Source of the DNA: an uncultured virus (IMG/VR IMGVR_UViG_3300011006_000550)
Lineage: Duplodnaviria; Heunggongvirae; Uroviricota; Caudoviricetes
Reading direction: 5' to 3' (one strand)
DNA length: 64,000 nucleotides
Virus record (IMG/VR): IMGVR_UViG_3300011006_000550
This document shows positions 17,470 to 26,156 of the stretch, one piece after another (position 1 is the stretch's first letter; the number at the start of each line of letters is the position of its first letter). Below the pieces are notes generated by a model. That model saw only the letters and a program-made list of their open reading frames with translations. It was not told where the DNA came from and did not search any database. The position numbers were made by a program, and so were the translations under genes.

Positions 17470-17778
17470 ATGGCTCTCGGAAAGAAACGGCCTGTAACTA
17501 AACAGAAGTTTCAGGTCAACAGGAACGTCATAGCCGCTATCGTCTCGGTCATCGTCATTGCCTGTCTGTATATGTGTTCCCATAAGAAGGAGAGCACAGT
17601 AACGGCAACACGGTTTCTCGACGACTACGGCCATCTGATGCGCATTGAGGAGAAAGACGGTGTAAAGAGTATCGTCGATGATCCTGAATGCGAGAAGTGT
17701 CAGCAGATCCTACACGGGGTGATGTTTAACGCTGTCGTTTGCGCCTTCGACTCTTTGGAGGTGCGCGTGGTCGATTGA
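17470..17778 (+). CDS. single-TM hypothetical protein
   Basis: hydrophobic VIAAIVSVIVIACLY; last gene of the rightward arm. Confidence 0.6.
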   Translation: MALGKKRPVTKQKFQVNRNVIAAIVSVIVIACLYMCSHKKESTVTATRFLDDYGHLMRIEEKDGVKSIVDDPECEKCQQILHGVMFNAVVCAFDSLEVRVVD

Positions 17779-17784
17779 ACAAAG

Positions 17785-17822
17785 AGGCGGTGCCTATCCA
17801 TCTTCGGACTGGCACCGCCTTT
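17785..17822. terminator. terminator-like hairpin between convergent arms
   Basis: AGGCGGTGCC...GGCACCGCCT inverted repeat at the convergence point. Confidence 0.65.
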
Positions 17823-17867
17823 GAAAAATTACCAACTATTCTAACCAAAAAATCCGTTTTGCACAGA

Positions 17868-18392
17868 CTACCGCTGTAGCCTTCCGATTATCATCCTAAT
17901 AACCATAAATACTAATATGAAAATAATCACACCTATTATCGCATCGGCAAAGAACGTGGAGATCCTTTGCTTGATGCTCTGCTTTTTCTCCACTTCCTTG
18001 ATCACGATCTTTGGAACTGAATCCGTTTTGATGAAGGTATCAGTCTTAACAGATTGCAGTTTTGAAAGCTCACGCTGTAGCTTATCGTTCTGGATAAGCC
18101 AGGCCCTTTCCATATTCTTCAACTGAACCCCGTACTTGGCCATCGTCGCAGAGTCAACCTCCTTGATCAGCGTTGTCTCATGGCTGATGACGGAATCCGT
18201 CTGATGAACTGAGTCCGTATGCCAGTGGTGCTCGGTATGCGTTTCCACCACCGGCACGTACTTTGTCTTGCAGCTCGTAAAGGCCGCAAGAATGAGCAAG
18301 GCGATAATGCCTAAGAAGCAGTAGAAGCAGATCTTCATCTGTGGTCCGCTTCTCTGCAGTTTCCTGTTGTAATAATCTCTGTCATCCCTCAT
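17868..18392 (-). CDS. putative unimolecular spanin (lipoprotein with C-terminal TM helix)
   Basis: lipobox-like LAAFTSC, C-terminal IIGVIIFILVFMVI; follows holin and lysin candidates. Confidence 0.6.
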   Translation of the reverse strand: MRDDRDYYNRKLQRSGPQMKICFYCFLGIIALLILAAFTSCKTKYVPVVETHTEHHWHTDSVHQTDSVISHETTLIKEVDSATMAKYGVQLKNMERAWLIQNDKLQRELSKLQSVKTDTFIKTDSVPKIVIKEVEKKQSIKQRISTFFADAIIGVIIFILVFMVIRMIIGRLQR

Positions 18393-18395
18393 AGC

Positions 18396-18854
18396 TTATT
18401 CTATTTTGATGAAGATTAAACCTTTCGCATCTTGTAACTTTGAGTACAGCTTGAGAAATGTCTGAGTAGAGTTGATCACTTTACCCACGACTTTGTTCTG
18501 ACCAACGAGGATGCAGCCGGAACTATCCGCTGCCGTGTTCCCGATGTGTATCAGGATCCCTTCAAAGCAAGGCACGTTCAACAGACGAGGCAGATAGCCG
18601 TTGCAGAAAGCGTACTGTGCCTTCTTCTTGAATCGCTCTGACTGCACACCCAGCGTCACCTGGTAGCGGCCCGTAGGAATGGCGGTCTCGTTCGGTATCT
18701 TCTTTCGTTTGTTGGCAGCGTAGGCATCGCCCTGCTTCATCCCTCTGTCACAGTCCTCGATGGTGTCACAGAAATACTCTCCGTCTATGTAAAGACGGCC
18801 AATAGTATATGTTTTCTTTCTTGCTATTCTTTTCAGATATAAATCCATATTCAA
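18396..18854 (-). CDS. DUF5675-like protein, putative endolysin
   Basis: YTIGRLYIDGEYFCDTIED...TAIPTGRY...GILIHIGNTAADSSGCILVG; lysis-cassette position. Confidence 0.7.
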   Translation of the reverse strand: MNMDLYLKRIARKKTYTIGRLYIDGEYFCDTIEDCDRGMKQGDAYAANKRKKIPNETAIPTGRYQVTLGVQSERFKKKAQYAFCNGYLPRLLNVPCFEGILIHIGNTAADSSGCILVGQNKVVGKVINSTQTFLKLYSKLQDAKGLIFIKIE

Positions 18855-19432
18855 TCCTCCATGTTTTGCTCTTCGTCGTAGATCTCAGGTCTGTGATGGT
18901 GATGGTGCCTTTCATGTCCCAAGTCTTCTACGGCTTCACCTATTTCGTTACTCTTTACCTTAATCAGCTTGCCTAAGAATCTGACAAATGCACGCCAGCC
19001 ATCATCCATGCTGATCTCAACACCAAGCTTCACGTAAGCGATGTGTCCGATGATAGAAGCAATCTCACAGCCACAGCCTATACCCAAGCCGATGGCGGCA
19101 GTCCATACATGCGAGCAAATATCCATCGGCTCCGTGATGGCAAGACCGATCAAGGCACCAACGACAAGGTACGTCAGGTAGTCAACAATCTTGTTGGCCG
19201 TCCTGCGTCCCGCTCTCGACTTGTGCCATTTCCACTTGTCTATGCCTATCTCGTTGCCTTCCTTCTTGGCTTTTTCGTAACGCATACTGCTTTCCGAGTA
19301 ACCCCACCAGAGATCGGCCAGTATCAGTGCAAACGAGCAGATGATCATATAACGAAGGTCATACACCACAGCCAGCAGCTCAGCACTGATACTGGCCCAC
19401 ACTATTCCTTTTGGTCCTACTGTTGAATCCAT
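18851..19432 (-). CDS. putative holin
   Basis: several TM segments; LILADLWWG...SRAGRRTANKIVDY holin-like pattern. Confidence 0.7.
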   Translation of the reverse strand: MDSTVGPKGIVWASISAELLAVVYDLRYMIICSFALILADLWWGYSESSMRYEKAKKEGNEIGIDKWKWHKSRAGRRTANKIVDYLTYLVVGALIGLAITEPMDICSHVWTAAIGLGIGCGCEIASIIGHIAYVKLGVEISMDDGWRAFVRFLGKLIKVKSNEIGEAVEDLGHERHHHHHRPEIYDEEQNMED

Positions 19433-19440
19433 ATATCCAA

Positions 19441-19947
19441 TCAGTTAAAGATTAAACTTCCAGTTAATGACAGCCAGCACAGGGCTTCGGCAATGAATAC
19501 GCCTTTACGATCAACGGCCTTTGCAAGCCATCCCTGCGGCTGAATGTACAGGCTTCCACACAGGAAAGCCATCACCATCCATACCGTAAGCCAAATGGGA
19601 TTAAGGATCAGCACGCACAGCTGCGAGAACACACCCGCCGTTATGCCGAGCACGTTGTGGGCTGTATTCTTCTCGTTTCTCACCAATGGCATTGCCCCAG
19701 TGAACAGGATCGCTGTTGCAAAGCCATGAGCCACAGCCCCATAATCTTCTGGCATGATGTCAAACAGGGCAGGGGTGAGCGTATAGGTAGCGGCCCATAC
19801 CCATATCGTCCACAGCCATTGGCTGCGTCGCGGCAGGTCATACACCATCGACGAGATGCTGATCGGCAATTCCCGCTTCCTCCAGATGGTTATCCCCGTA
19901 TAGAGGATAACCAGGAGGATGCTTACTATGAGTAATGCGGAAATCAT
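19441..19947 (-). CDS. multi-pass membrane protein
   Basis: about five hydrophobic segments. Confidence 0.7.
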   Translation of the reverse strand: MISALLIVSILLVILYTGITIWRKRELPISISSMVYDLPRRSQWLWTIWVWAATYTLTPALFDIMPEDYGAVAHGFATAILFTGAMPLVRNEKNTAHNVLGITAGVFSQLCVLILNPIWLTVWMVMAFLCGSLYIQPQGWLAKAVDRKGVFIAEALCWLSLTGSLIFN

Positions 19948-19952
19948 AGGGC

Positions 19953-20516
19953 TTACTCTTCTACTGCATCAGCACTCTCATTGTTCTCAGGAACAGGGAA
20001 AGCTGCCTGATACGGGGTGAAATTGATGGTGTCCTTTCTGATCCAGCCTGCTCCGAGACACGTCTCGATGTAGTCGCAGACAGCGTAGTAGAAGTTGTTC
20101 AGCTCGTCGAGTGTGGCGAATGTGCGGTACTTTGCGTTGCCTTCCACTTCACCTATCTTGAATTTCTTCGGTGTATAGTTCTCTTCGCCCTTCTTGTCGG
20201 CCAGTCGCTGTGCCTCAGAGAAGTTGCGCTGATTCTCAGCAGACAGCCAAACCTTGATGTTGTCGCCGTTGTCATCTTCCCACTCAAAGCCGCAGAGGAT
20301 CTTTTCGTCGGTCTGTGCGTCGATGTCGGCGATGATGGCCTTCTTCACGTCCTCGAAACTGATGGTAGAGTGCTGCTTCTTTGGCAGATAGACCTCGATC
20401 CATGTTGCCTTCTCATTGTCAACGGCTTCAAAACCGTAGCTGATGACGATACGTGTGCCCTCTGTACGTACGGGGGCGAACTCACTGATAAGTCCAAATA
20501 CTTTGTTCATAATCAC
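19953..20516 (-). CDS. tail-fibre-associated protein (DUF4376-like)
   Basis: IDAQTDEKILCGFEW...VWLSAENQRNF; follows the DGR/tail-fibre block. Confidence 0.55.
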   Translation of the reverse strand: MIMNKVFGLISEFAPVRTEGTRIVISYGFEAVDNEKATWIEVYLPKKQHSTISFEDVKKAIIADIDAQTDEKILCGFEWEDDNGDNIKVWLSAENQRNFSEAQRLADKKGEENYTPKKFKIGEVEGNAKYRTFATLDELNNFYYAVCDYIETCLGAGWIRKDTINFTPYQAAFPVPENNESADAVEE

Positions 20517-20530
20517 TAAATTTTAATTTG

Positions 20531-21715
20531 TTAATAATTGAATGAATGTCTCTCTGTTATCTTGGTCAGTCCGTCGTCGAAGACTCCGAGCCTGAGTATT
20601 TCCTTTCTCATGAACAGCTTGCGCCTGATATTGTACGATGCAGTATGCTGGAAGATTCCAAGATAGGAGTTGATGCTTCTCAGCACCTTCTTCGGCTTCG
20701 TGAAGTCGAGCAGCAACAGCTTCTTCATGATCCTCACAAGCGAGTGACGGCTGATGTATATGCGCCAGGGCTTGATATACGATCCAAGGAACTCTACACC
20801 GCGATGCACCTCCGAGATCGTCAGCTTTCCCTTGTGCAGTTCCAGGCCAAGCTCTTCTCTCAGGAACCGTTCTATCTCTGGTACCAGACTCAGAAGCCAG
20901 TCCTTGTCTGCCGACACTACGGCCCCATCGTCCACATAACGACCGTAGTACTTGCATTTCAGCACACGCTTCATAAACTGGTCGAAGGGATTCATATACA
21001 CGTTCGAGAACAGCTGACTCGTCAGGTTGCCTATCGGCAGTCCGAGACCTTCTATCAGGTGAAGCATCGACTTTGCTGGATCCAGCCCGTCCCAGTCTTC
21101 GGGATCCCCGCAGATGATACAATTCTCTTTCGGATCGAGCGTCACGATGATCTCCGTCAGGTAATACAGAAAGTCCATGTCGAGCCTGTCTCTCCACAGT
21201 GCAGGATGATCCTTGCTGATACGGTGTGTTGACATTTTTCTCAGCGATTCCAGAGCGATCTCCAGCAACCGTTTCCGTACGATGTGCATGAAGTAACCCC
21301 TGATGTCTAAGTGCATCACGTAGCATTTCCGCTGCCAGTTGTGCGATTCCTTCCTGCAGAAGTCTTCCAGTCGGTGTATGCCGTAGTGCGTGCCACGTCC
21401 CTTGATGCAGCTGTACGAGTCGATGATGAAGGTCCTCTCGTACAGGTCGTGCGTATAGTTGAAGTACAGATGATGCACTATCCTGTCCCTGAACATTGCA
21501 GCGAAGATCTCCCTCTTCTTGGGATAGTCCACGATGAAGCATTTCGACGGGAGAGGCTTGTAGCGGCGATAATACAAATCGTCGCATAGTTCGTCCATAT
21601 TCTTTTTCAGGTCTTTCGCCCATTGCTTCACGTATGAGCGATTGGCCTTGTGCTTCCGTGCGTCGTAGTAGGCAACATACAAGTCGAACAGAAGTCTCTC
21701 CCGTGTAAGAGTCAT
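20531..21715 (-). CDS. DGR reverse transcriptase
   Basis: KKREIFAAMFRDRIVHH, LDIRGYF, GLPIGNLTSQLFSNVY (DGR-type GxxxSQ), YGRYVDD; starts 37 bp downstream of the template repeat. Confidence 0.96.
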   Translation of the reverse strand: MTLTRERLLFDLYVAYYDARKHKANRSYVKQWAKDLKKNMDELCDDLYYRRYKPLPSKCFIVDYPKKREIFAAMFRDRIVHHLYFNYTHDLYERTFIIDSYSCIKGRGTHYGIHRLEDFCRKESHNWQRKCYVMHLDIRGYFMHIVRKRLLEIALESLRKMSTHRISKDHPALWRDRLDMDFLYYLTEIIVTLDPKENCIICGDPEDWDGLDPAKSMLHLIEGLGLPIGNLTSQLFSNVYMNPFDQFMKRVLKCKYYGRYVDDGAVVSADKDWLLSLVPEIERFLREELGLELHKGKLTISEVHRGVEFLGSYIKPWRIYISRHSLVRIMKKLLLLDFTKPKKVLRSINSYLGIFQHTASYNIRRKLFMRKEILRLGVFDDGLTKITERHSFNY

Positions 21716-21752
21716 GCTTCTCTGTATTTAAAAGGATGATTTCAGTTGAGTG

Positions 21753-21935
21753 CTGAACCGGGCGCACCGCGAAGCCGTTGTACCGGTTGTTGTTGTTCTG
21801 CGGGCCGACACCGCCACTGTTGAAGTTCAAGTTCCGAGCGTTGACTGCCGAGTTGAACGATGCAGACCAGTAGTTGCCATTGCCGCCGCGGTTGTTCCAA
21901 GACGAGCCATTGCCGTTGCCGGAGCAAGGGAAGAA
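21753..21935 (-). repeat. DGR template repeat (TR)
   Basis: 183 bp with 16 AAY codons and 39 adenines; non-A positions identical to VR1, VR2 and the visible ends of VR3. Confidence 0.96.
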
Positions 21936-22086
21936 GGCTTTTCGGTCGCCGCCTTTTACGACTGCCATAATGGGTTGCGCTGAGCAAGACAAAACAGCAT
22001 CTTTCATTTTTCCCGCATTTCGAGAATGCAGGACGGGCGACCTATGAACTTCTTTCTGAACCATCCTTATGGGTTTTACAAATTCA

Positions 22087-22641
22087 TTAAAACATAGCAG
22101 CTACTTGCTGTCTCAACTGGCGCATGAACTCGTAAGCCTCCATTGGAGATTTCGACTCAAGCGGGAACGAGATTATCCGTCCGAGAACGTCCGACATTCT
22201 CATCACTCTTGGAGCGGCATCAGACACCTCACGGTCTTCTCGCTTCGTCTTCTTCTGATCGTTCATCGGAAGCGATTCTTTCCATTCGTCAACCTGAGCG
22301 CGAACCTCGTCATACGTGGCTTCACCGAAGTCAACGTTTACAGTCACGTCGATCTGATTGTCACCGACGGGATTGAACGTCACCGTTCCATCGTTGGGAA
22401 CATACTTACCCAATGATGCAACGGGAAATCCCACCCATGCCTCAACGTAGTTATCCTTCAACCGCTTGGCCGACACGTTCAGCGGTTTATCCTTGGCAAG
22501 TCCGATAGGGAACTTTGTCAGGAGCCAGGCCGACCAGTCGTGAGCACGGTAGAAGTTGCCGTCAAGAAGCAGATGGACTATTCCGAACTGCTCTTTCGTT
22601 TCTCTGTTGCTTTCCAGCTGTGCAATTTCTGCTATTGTCAT
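22087..22641 (-). CDS. DGR accessory protein, MutS domain I-like (MSL type)
   Basis: HLLLDGNFYRAHDWSA...VGFPVASLGKY resembles the MutS-I G(D/N)FYE...GFP pattern; lies between target and TR. Confidence 0.7.
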   Translation of the reverse strand: MTIAEIAQLESNRETKEQFGIVHLLLDGNFYRAHDWSAWLLTKFPIGLAKDKPLNVSAKRLKDNYVEAWVGFPVASLGKYVPNDGTVTFNPVGDNQIDVTVNVDFGEATYDEVRAQVDEWKESLPMNDQKKTKREDREVSDAAPRVMRMSDVLGRIISFPLESKSPMEAYEFMRQLRQQVAAMF

Positions 22642-22677
22642 TTTTTCTCTCTTTAATTACTTTATTCCCTCTCAATG

Positions 22678-22727
22678 CGGAGTGTGCCTTGTGGCCGCTT
22701 GGGGAGCGGCCTTGGTGGCACACTCCG
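22678..22727 (-). promoter_or_regulatory. post-VR3 two-stem hairpin
   Basis: minus strand CGGAGTGTGCC-accaa-GGCCGCT-cccca-AGCGGCC-acaa-GGCACACTCCG. Confidence 0.8.
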
Positions 22728-22772
22728 AATGATTGGGTTGGTTTGTTCTCTCTTGTTTAGTCAAGAAAGAAG

Positions 22773-23841
22773 TTACTGAACCGGGCGCACCGCGAAGCCG
22801 TAGNNNNNNNNNNNNNNNNNNNNNNNNNNNNNNNNNNNNNNNNNNNNNNNNNNNNNNNNNNNNNNNNNNNNNNNNNNNNNNNNNNNNNNNNNAGCCGGAG
22901 CAAGGGAAGAAGAGAAGATTACCGTTGATCTTCGACTTCAAATACAAGCCTAATACGCCGTTTACCGTCACGCGCTTATCTGCTGTTGCAGAGTCTATGA
23001 CGGTGCCGTTAGCGTAGATGAAGTCGCAGTTATCAAACAGCTCTTGATACTCTGCCGTTGTCGGCATGCGCCAAGGAGCACCCAGATTCACACGGGCAGC
23101 GTCCTGAGAAGGAGCGAGGCTTGCCGTGATGCCACAGCCAGGAGTCTGACCGTAGATCGAATCGGGCTTATAGCCGTTCTCGGCCTGATTCTTCGAGTTG
23201 TCCCATGTACCGAAGTCGTGGTTGAAACTGCTATTGTCTTTCGGGTTGAACATCTGAGTGTTACCCCAAGAGACAAACGAGCACTCATACTGGAACTCCG
23301 AAGCTGCGAAGCCGTTGGCCTGAGTCACGTCGATATTCTTCTTTGCCCAGAGCAAACCAGAGGGCAGACCCATATCTACGTACAGGTCTTCCTGTGCTGA
23401 TGTCTTCTCCTGTCCGAGAATGCCGACGATGTTCCAGTTTGTGCCGTCGTACTGTAACTGTACTACGGTACGAGCCTTTACAACTCCGGCTTGCAGGGTG
23501 TTACCCAAGATCTTGATGGGCTTGGCACCCGTGCTGTTCACGTTCAGCTTTGCTCCTGCTACGGCAATGGCAGACGTAAACAGAATGCTCACAATGCCGT
23601 TTTTCAGAAGGATGAAGTCAGTGATGGCTACGGTCTTCGCCTGTGTCGTAGCTGCAGTTTCACACGTACCCATGCCGTTACCAGCCTTGGCCATGTCACG
23701 TACCAGCTGCTGAGCAGGGTATTTTCCTGCGGGCGTGCCGTCAGGACCGAAGATCATGACCGTCTGATTGGCTGCAGGAGCACTACTTGGCAATCCAGCC
23801 TGTACCGCTTTCAATACGTTTGCTGTTGAAATTGTGTCCAT
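22773..23841 (-). CDS. DGR target protein 3 (adjacent); tail-fibre/receptor-binding-like
   Basis: N-terminal fibre-like domain (AKLNVNSTGAKPI...YDGTNW), DMGLPSGLLWA domain; likely true end ...YGFAVRPVQ-TAA at 22773-22775; spans an N gap. Confidence 0.85.
22776..22911 (-). repeat. DGR variable repeat VR3 (interior unresolved; Ns at 22804-22892)
   Basis: both flanks match TR ends, each with an A>T change beside the gap. Confidence 0.9.
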
Positions 23842-23885
23842 GATTCTTTTTACTTTTTTTATTGTTAAAAACTAATGTTTCGCAC

Positions 23886-24455
23886 TTAGGATTCAGTCAC
23901 CACCGTCTTATCCATCAGCTTTGCCACTTCCGTAAGGAGCTGTTTCGGCGTGTAGGTAGTGCCGTTATAGGTAACGCCATCAACGAGTTCGCTAAAAGCA
24001 CCTTCGAGCGTGGTGATTCTCGCATTCAGACTCTTAATCCAATACTCTACGGAGGCATCGGTGAATAACTCCCAATCACTGTGGATGGTGGTATCGTCAA
24101 CGACGAATGCAATCCTTCCGTTCACGGTATGGGTCACGAAGGCCCCGTCCTGCACCGCCATCACAACAGGCGAATGGCTCGTCTGCCTCAATGAACGATA
24201 CAGCACACCGTTGATACCGATGACAGAGTTTTTCGCAAATGTACTCGACGGTGTGAGCGAGTTTACATCTACAGGAATGAGGGTTTCTAATTCTGTCAAT
24301 TCTGTCTTTGTGGCCAGATTCGCAAGGCACCATGTGTAGATGGGCTTGTAAATCTTCACAAGCAAAGCCAGCAATGAATTATGAAATGCCACATTACTCA
24401 TATTGCGTCTCTTTTTTGAAGTTAGAAATTGGCTGGCAGGACAGCCAAAAGACAT
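23886..24455 (-). CDS. tail-associated protein (true start probably MSNVAF)
   Basis: PVDVNSLTPSSTFAKNSVIGINGVLY is paralogous to the C-terminus of 26157-27038. Confidence 0.65.
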   Translation of the reverse strand: MSFGCPASQFLTSKKRRNMSNVAFHNSLLALLVKIYKPIYTWCLANLATKTELTELETLIPVDVNSLTPSSTFAKNSVIGINGVLYRSLRQTSHSPVVMAVQDGAFVTHTVNGRIAFVVDDTTIHSDWELFTDASVEYWIKSLNARITTLEGAFSELVDGVTYNGTTYTPKQLLTEVAKLMDKTVVTES

Positions 24456-24495
24456 TCAGGATATTCCTTTCTGTGTCCTGCCAGCCTCGGATGGT

Positions 24496-25542
24496 TTACT
24501 CGCCACCGTTCTGCTCCTCCTGGCTGTTAGAAGCGGGAGTGTTGGCAGCGGCTACGGCAGCCTCCCAGGCAGCTGTGCACTCTTCCTCGGTGATCTCGTC
24601 GAAATCAGCCTGATGCAGAGCTGTGCCGATAGCGGTAACGTCGGTGCTGTCCCAAGCCCAGTTGTCGTTGGACTTCTCGTAGGCAACGGTCTCAACGTTC
24701 TCGCAGTCGCTGTAGGTCAGGCACAGGCCAGCAGCGGTCTTGTAGCTCACACGGTAAGAATGCTTGCCAGTACCGTCAACCTTAACCACGATGTCACCAG
24801 CGCGGAGAGCCTCACACTGTGCGTTTGTCAGGGCCTTGATGTTGTTCACCTCGAGGATCAGAGAAGCAGCGTCGATCTGATTCTGGAGTTCCTGAGCGAG
24901 CTTGGCCTTGGTCAGAGTACCGTCAGCGATGTCGGCAGTAATGGTGTGAGTCTGAGGATCGATAGAAAGAGTAACCATCTTGCCAGTCTGTGTGCCGACA
25001 GTCAGGTACTCGATACAGCTGCTCATGTCAGCGTAACTGAATGAGGGCGAATCAGAAGCAGCGTTACTATTATACTTCATGTACACACCAGCACCAGTAA
25101 CACCCTGTGCGGAACCTACCTCGGTGGAGCCGTCGAAGTACTTGCCAGCGTCATCACCTGTACCCTCTACGATGGTCACAAGCTCGAACGTGCCGTTAAG
25201 AAGATCCTTCTCGATGTCGATGTCCATCGTCGTGGCACCTGCACCCGTACCTTTTGTGAATCGATAACTCTTGAGCTTACCCGTGTTGGGACTCGAAAGG
25301 ACCTCAAAGGTCACAACGTCACTGTTGGCTTTGGAAGCCAGTTCGATCAGCGCATCCTCAACGTTTGCGGTCTGATTAGAGAAAGCAGCATTGGTGAAAG
25401 CGATGTCACCAGCTGACAGAGCGTTTACCAAGCCTTCGGCATAACCCTTGGCTGTGTTCAAACTTGCTACGATAGTAGCGGCAATGAGATTCAGAGTGAA
25501 CTGGAGTCTCACCTTGGTCACGATTTTCTTTAAATTGATCAT
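24496..25542 (-). CDS. putative virion structural/tail-fibre protein
   Basis: 348 aa, A/G/T-rich, strong codon bias, tail module. Confidence 0.7.
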   Translation of the reverse strand: MINLKKIVTKVRLQFTLNLIAATIVASLNTAKGYAEGLVNALSAGDIAFTNAAFSNQTANVEDALIELASKANSDVVTFEVLSSPNTGKLKSYRFTKGTGAGATTMDIDIEKDLLNGTFELVTIVEGTGDDAGKYFDGSTEVGSAQGVTGAGVYMKYNSNAASDSPSFSYADMSSCIEYLTVGTQTGKMVTLSIDPQTHTITADIADGTLTKAKLAQELQNQIDAASLILEVNNIKALTNAQCEALRAGDIVVKVDGTGKHSYRVSYKTAAGLCLTYSDCENVETVAYEKSNDNWAWDSTDVTAIGTALHQADFDEITEEECTAAWEAAVAAANTPASNSQEEQNGGE

Positions 25543-25603
25543 AACTCTTTGATTTTAAATTGTTAATAAAAATTGATAACTATAACTGTGTTGAAACACA
25601 TTC

Positions 25604-25930
25604 TTATTCGTCGGGATCTCCACCACCTTCTGCAGAACCGCTTCCCGATCCCGCTTCTTGGGTAATGTCGATAGGAAGACCAGCCTGTCTCATAGCCTCT
25701 TTCCAACTATCCTCAAGCTCTTCTTCCGATACTACATTCTCGTCAGAGAGAACATCAAGCTGATCCTGAATACTTCTGTCGAGGTCTTCCTTCTTTACGC
25801 CCTCATCCTCGATCTCTGCTGTGCCTACGCTGTTGGGAGCGGGGCGCGTACCATCACCGCCACCTCCTGCAAATTCATGCTGCTGGCCGTCAACATCTTG
25901 GACTACGAGCTTGTTTAACACATGTGTCAT
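25604..25930 (-). CDS. acidic tail-module protein
   Basis: PAPNSVGTAEIEDEGVKKEDL repeat-like unit. Confidence 0.6.
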   Translation of the reverse strand: MTHVLNKLVVQDVDGQQHEFAGGGGDGTRPAPNSVGTAEIEDEGVKKEDLDRSIQDQLDVLSDENVVSEEELEDSWKEAMRQAGLPIDITQEAGSGSGSAEGGGDPDE

Positions 25931-25932
25931 AA

Positions 25933-26154
25933 CTACAAAATGATAATGATTGGTTGAACATTCTTCTTGTCTGCCTTGGCCTTGATGGCCGTCTTGGCAG
26001 TCAGCTTACTTGAATAGAACTTTTCCAGTCCGAGAGAGGGACAGCCTTTCTGCCAGAACTGCCAGAACCACAGAAACTTTCGTCTCTGTTCAATCAGGAA
26101 ACGCTTGGGAGCAACTTTCCTTACTCTGATGAAAATCTGCTTCTTTTTCTTCAT
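25933..26154 (-). CDS. small basic hypothetical protein
   Basis: 73 aa, fills the gap between genes exactly. Confidence 0.55.
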   Translation of the reverse strand: MKKKKQIFIRVRKVAPKRFLIEQRRKFLWFWQFWQKGCPSLGLEKFYSSKLTAKTAIKAKADKKNVQPIIIIL

Positions 26155-26156
26155 GA

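Noticed and set aside
20531..21715. RT as group II intron, retron or Abi RT
   Set aside because: GNLTSQ motif, size, no maturase/endonuclease extension and an adjacent adenine-variable TR/VR set all indicate a DGR.
21753..21935. TR as a fourth target gene
   Set aside because: It holds A at every variable position and lacks the ACTTCTTTC tail, the hairpin and the upstream DLGLPSG domain.
22672..22772. ORF-track C-terminus LRLRGAPGSVTSF...HTPH of target 3
   Set aside because: Artefact of the undersized N gap; the VR frame ends at TAA 22773-22775.
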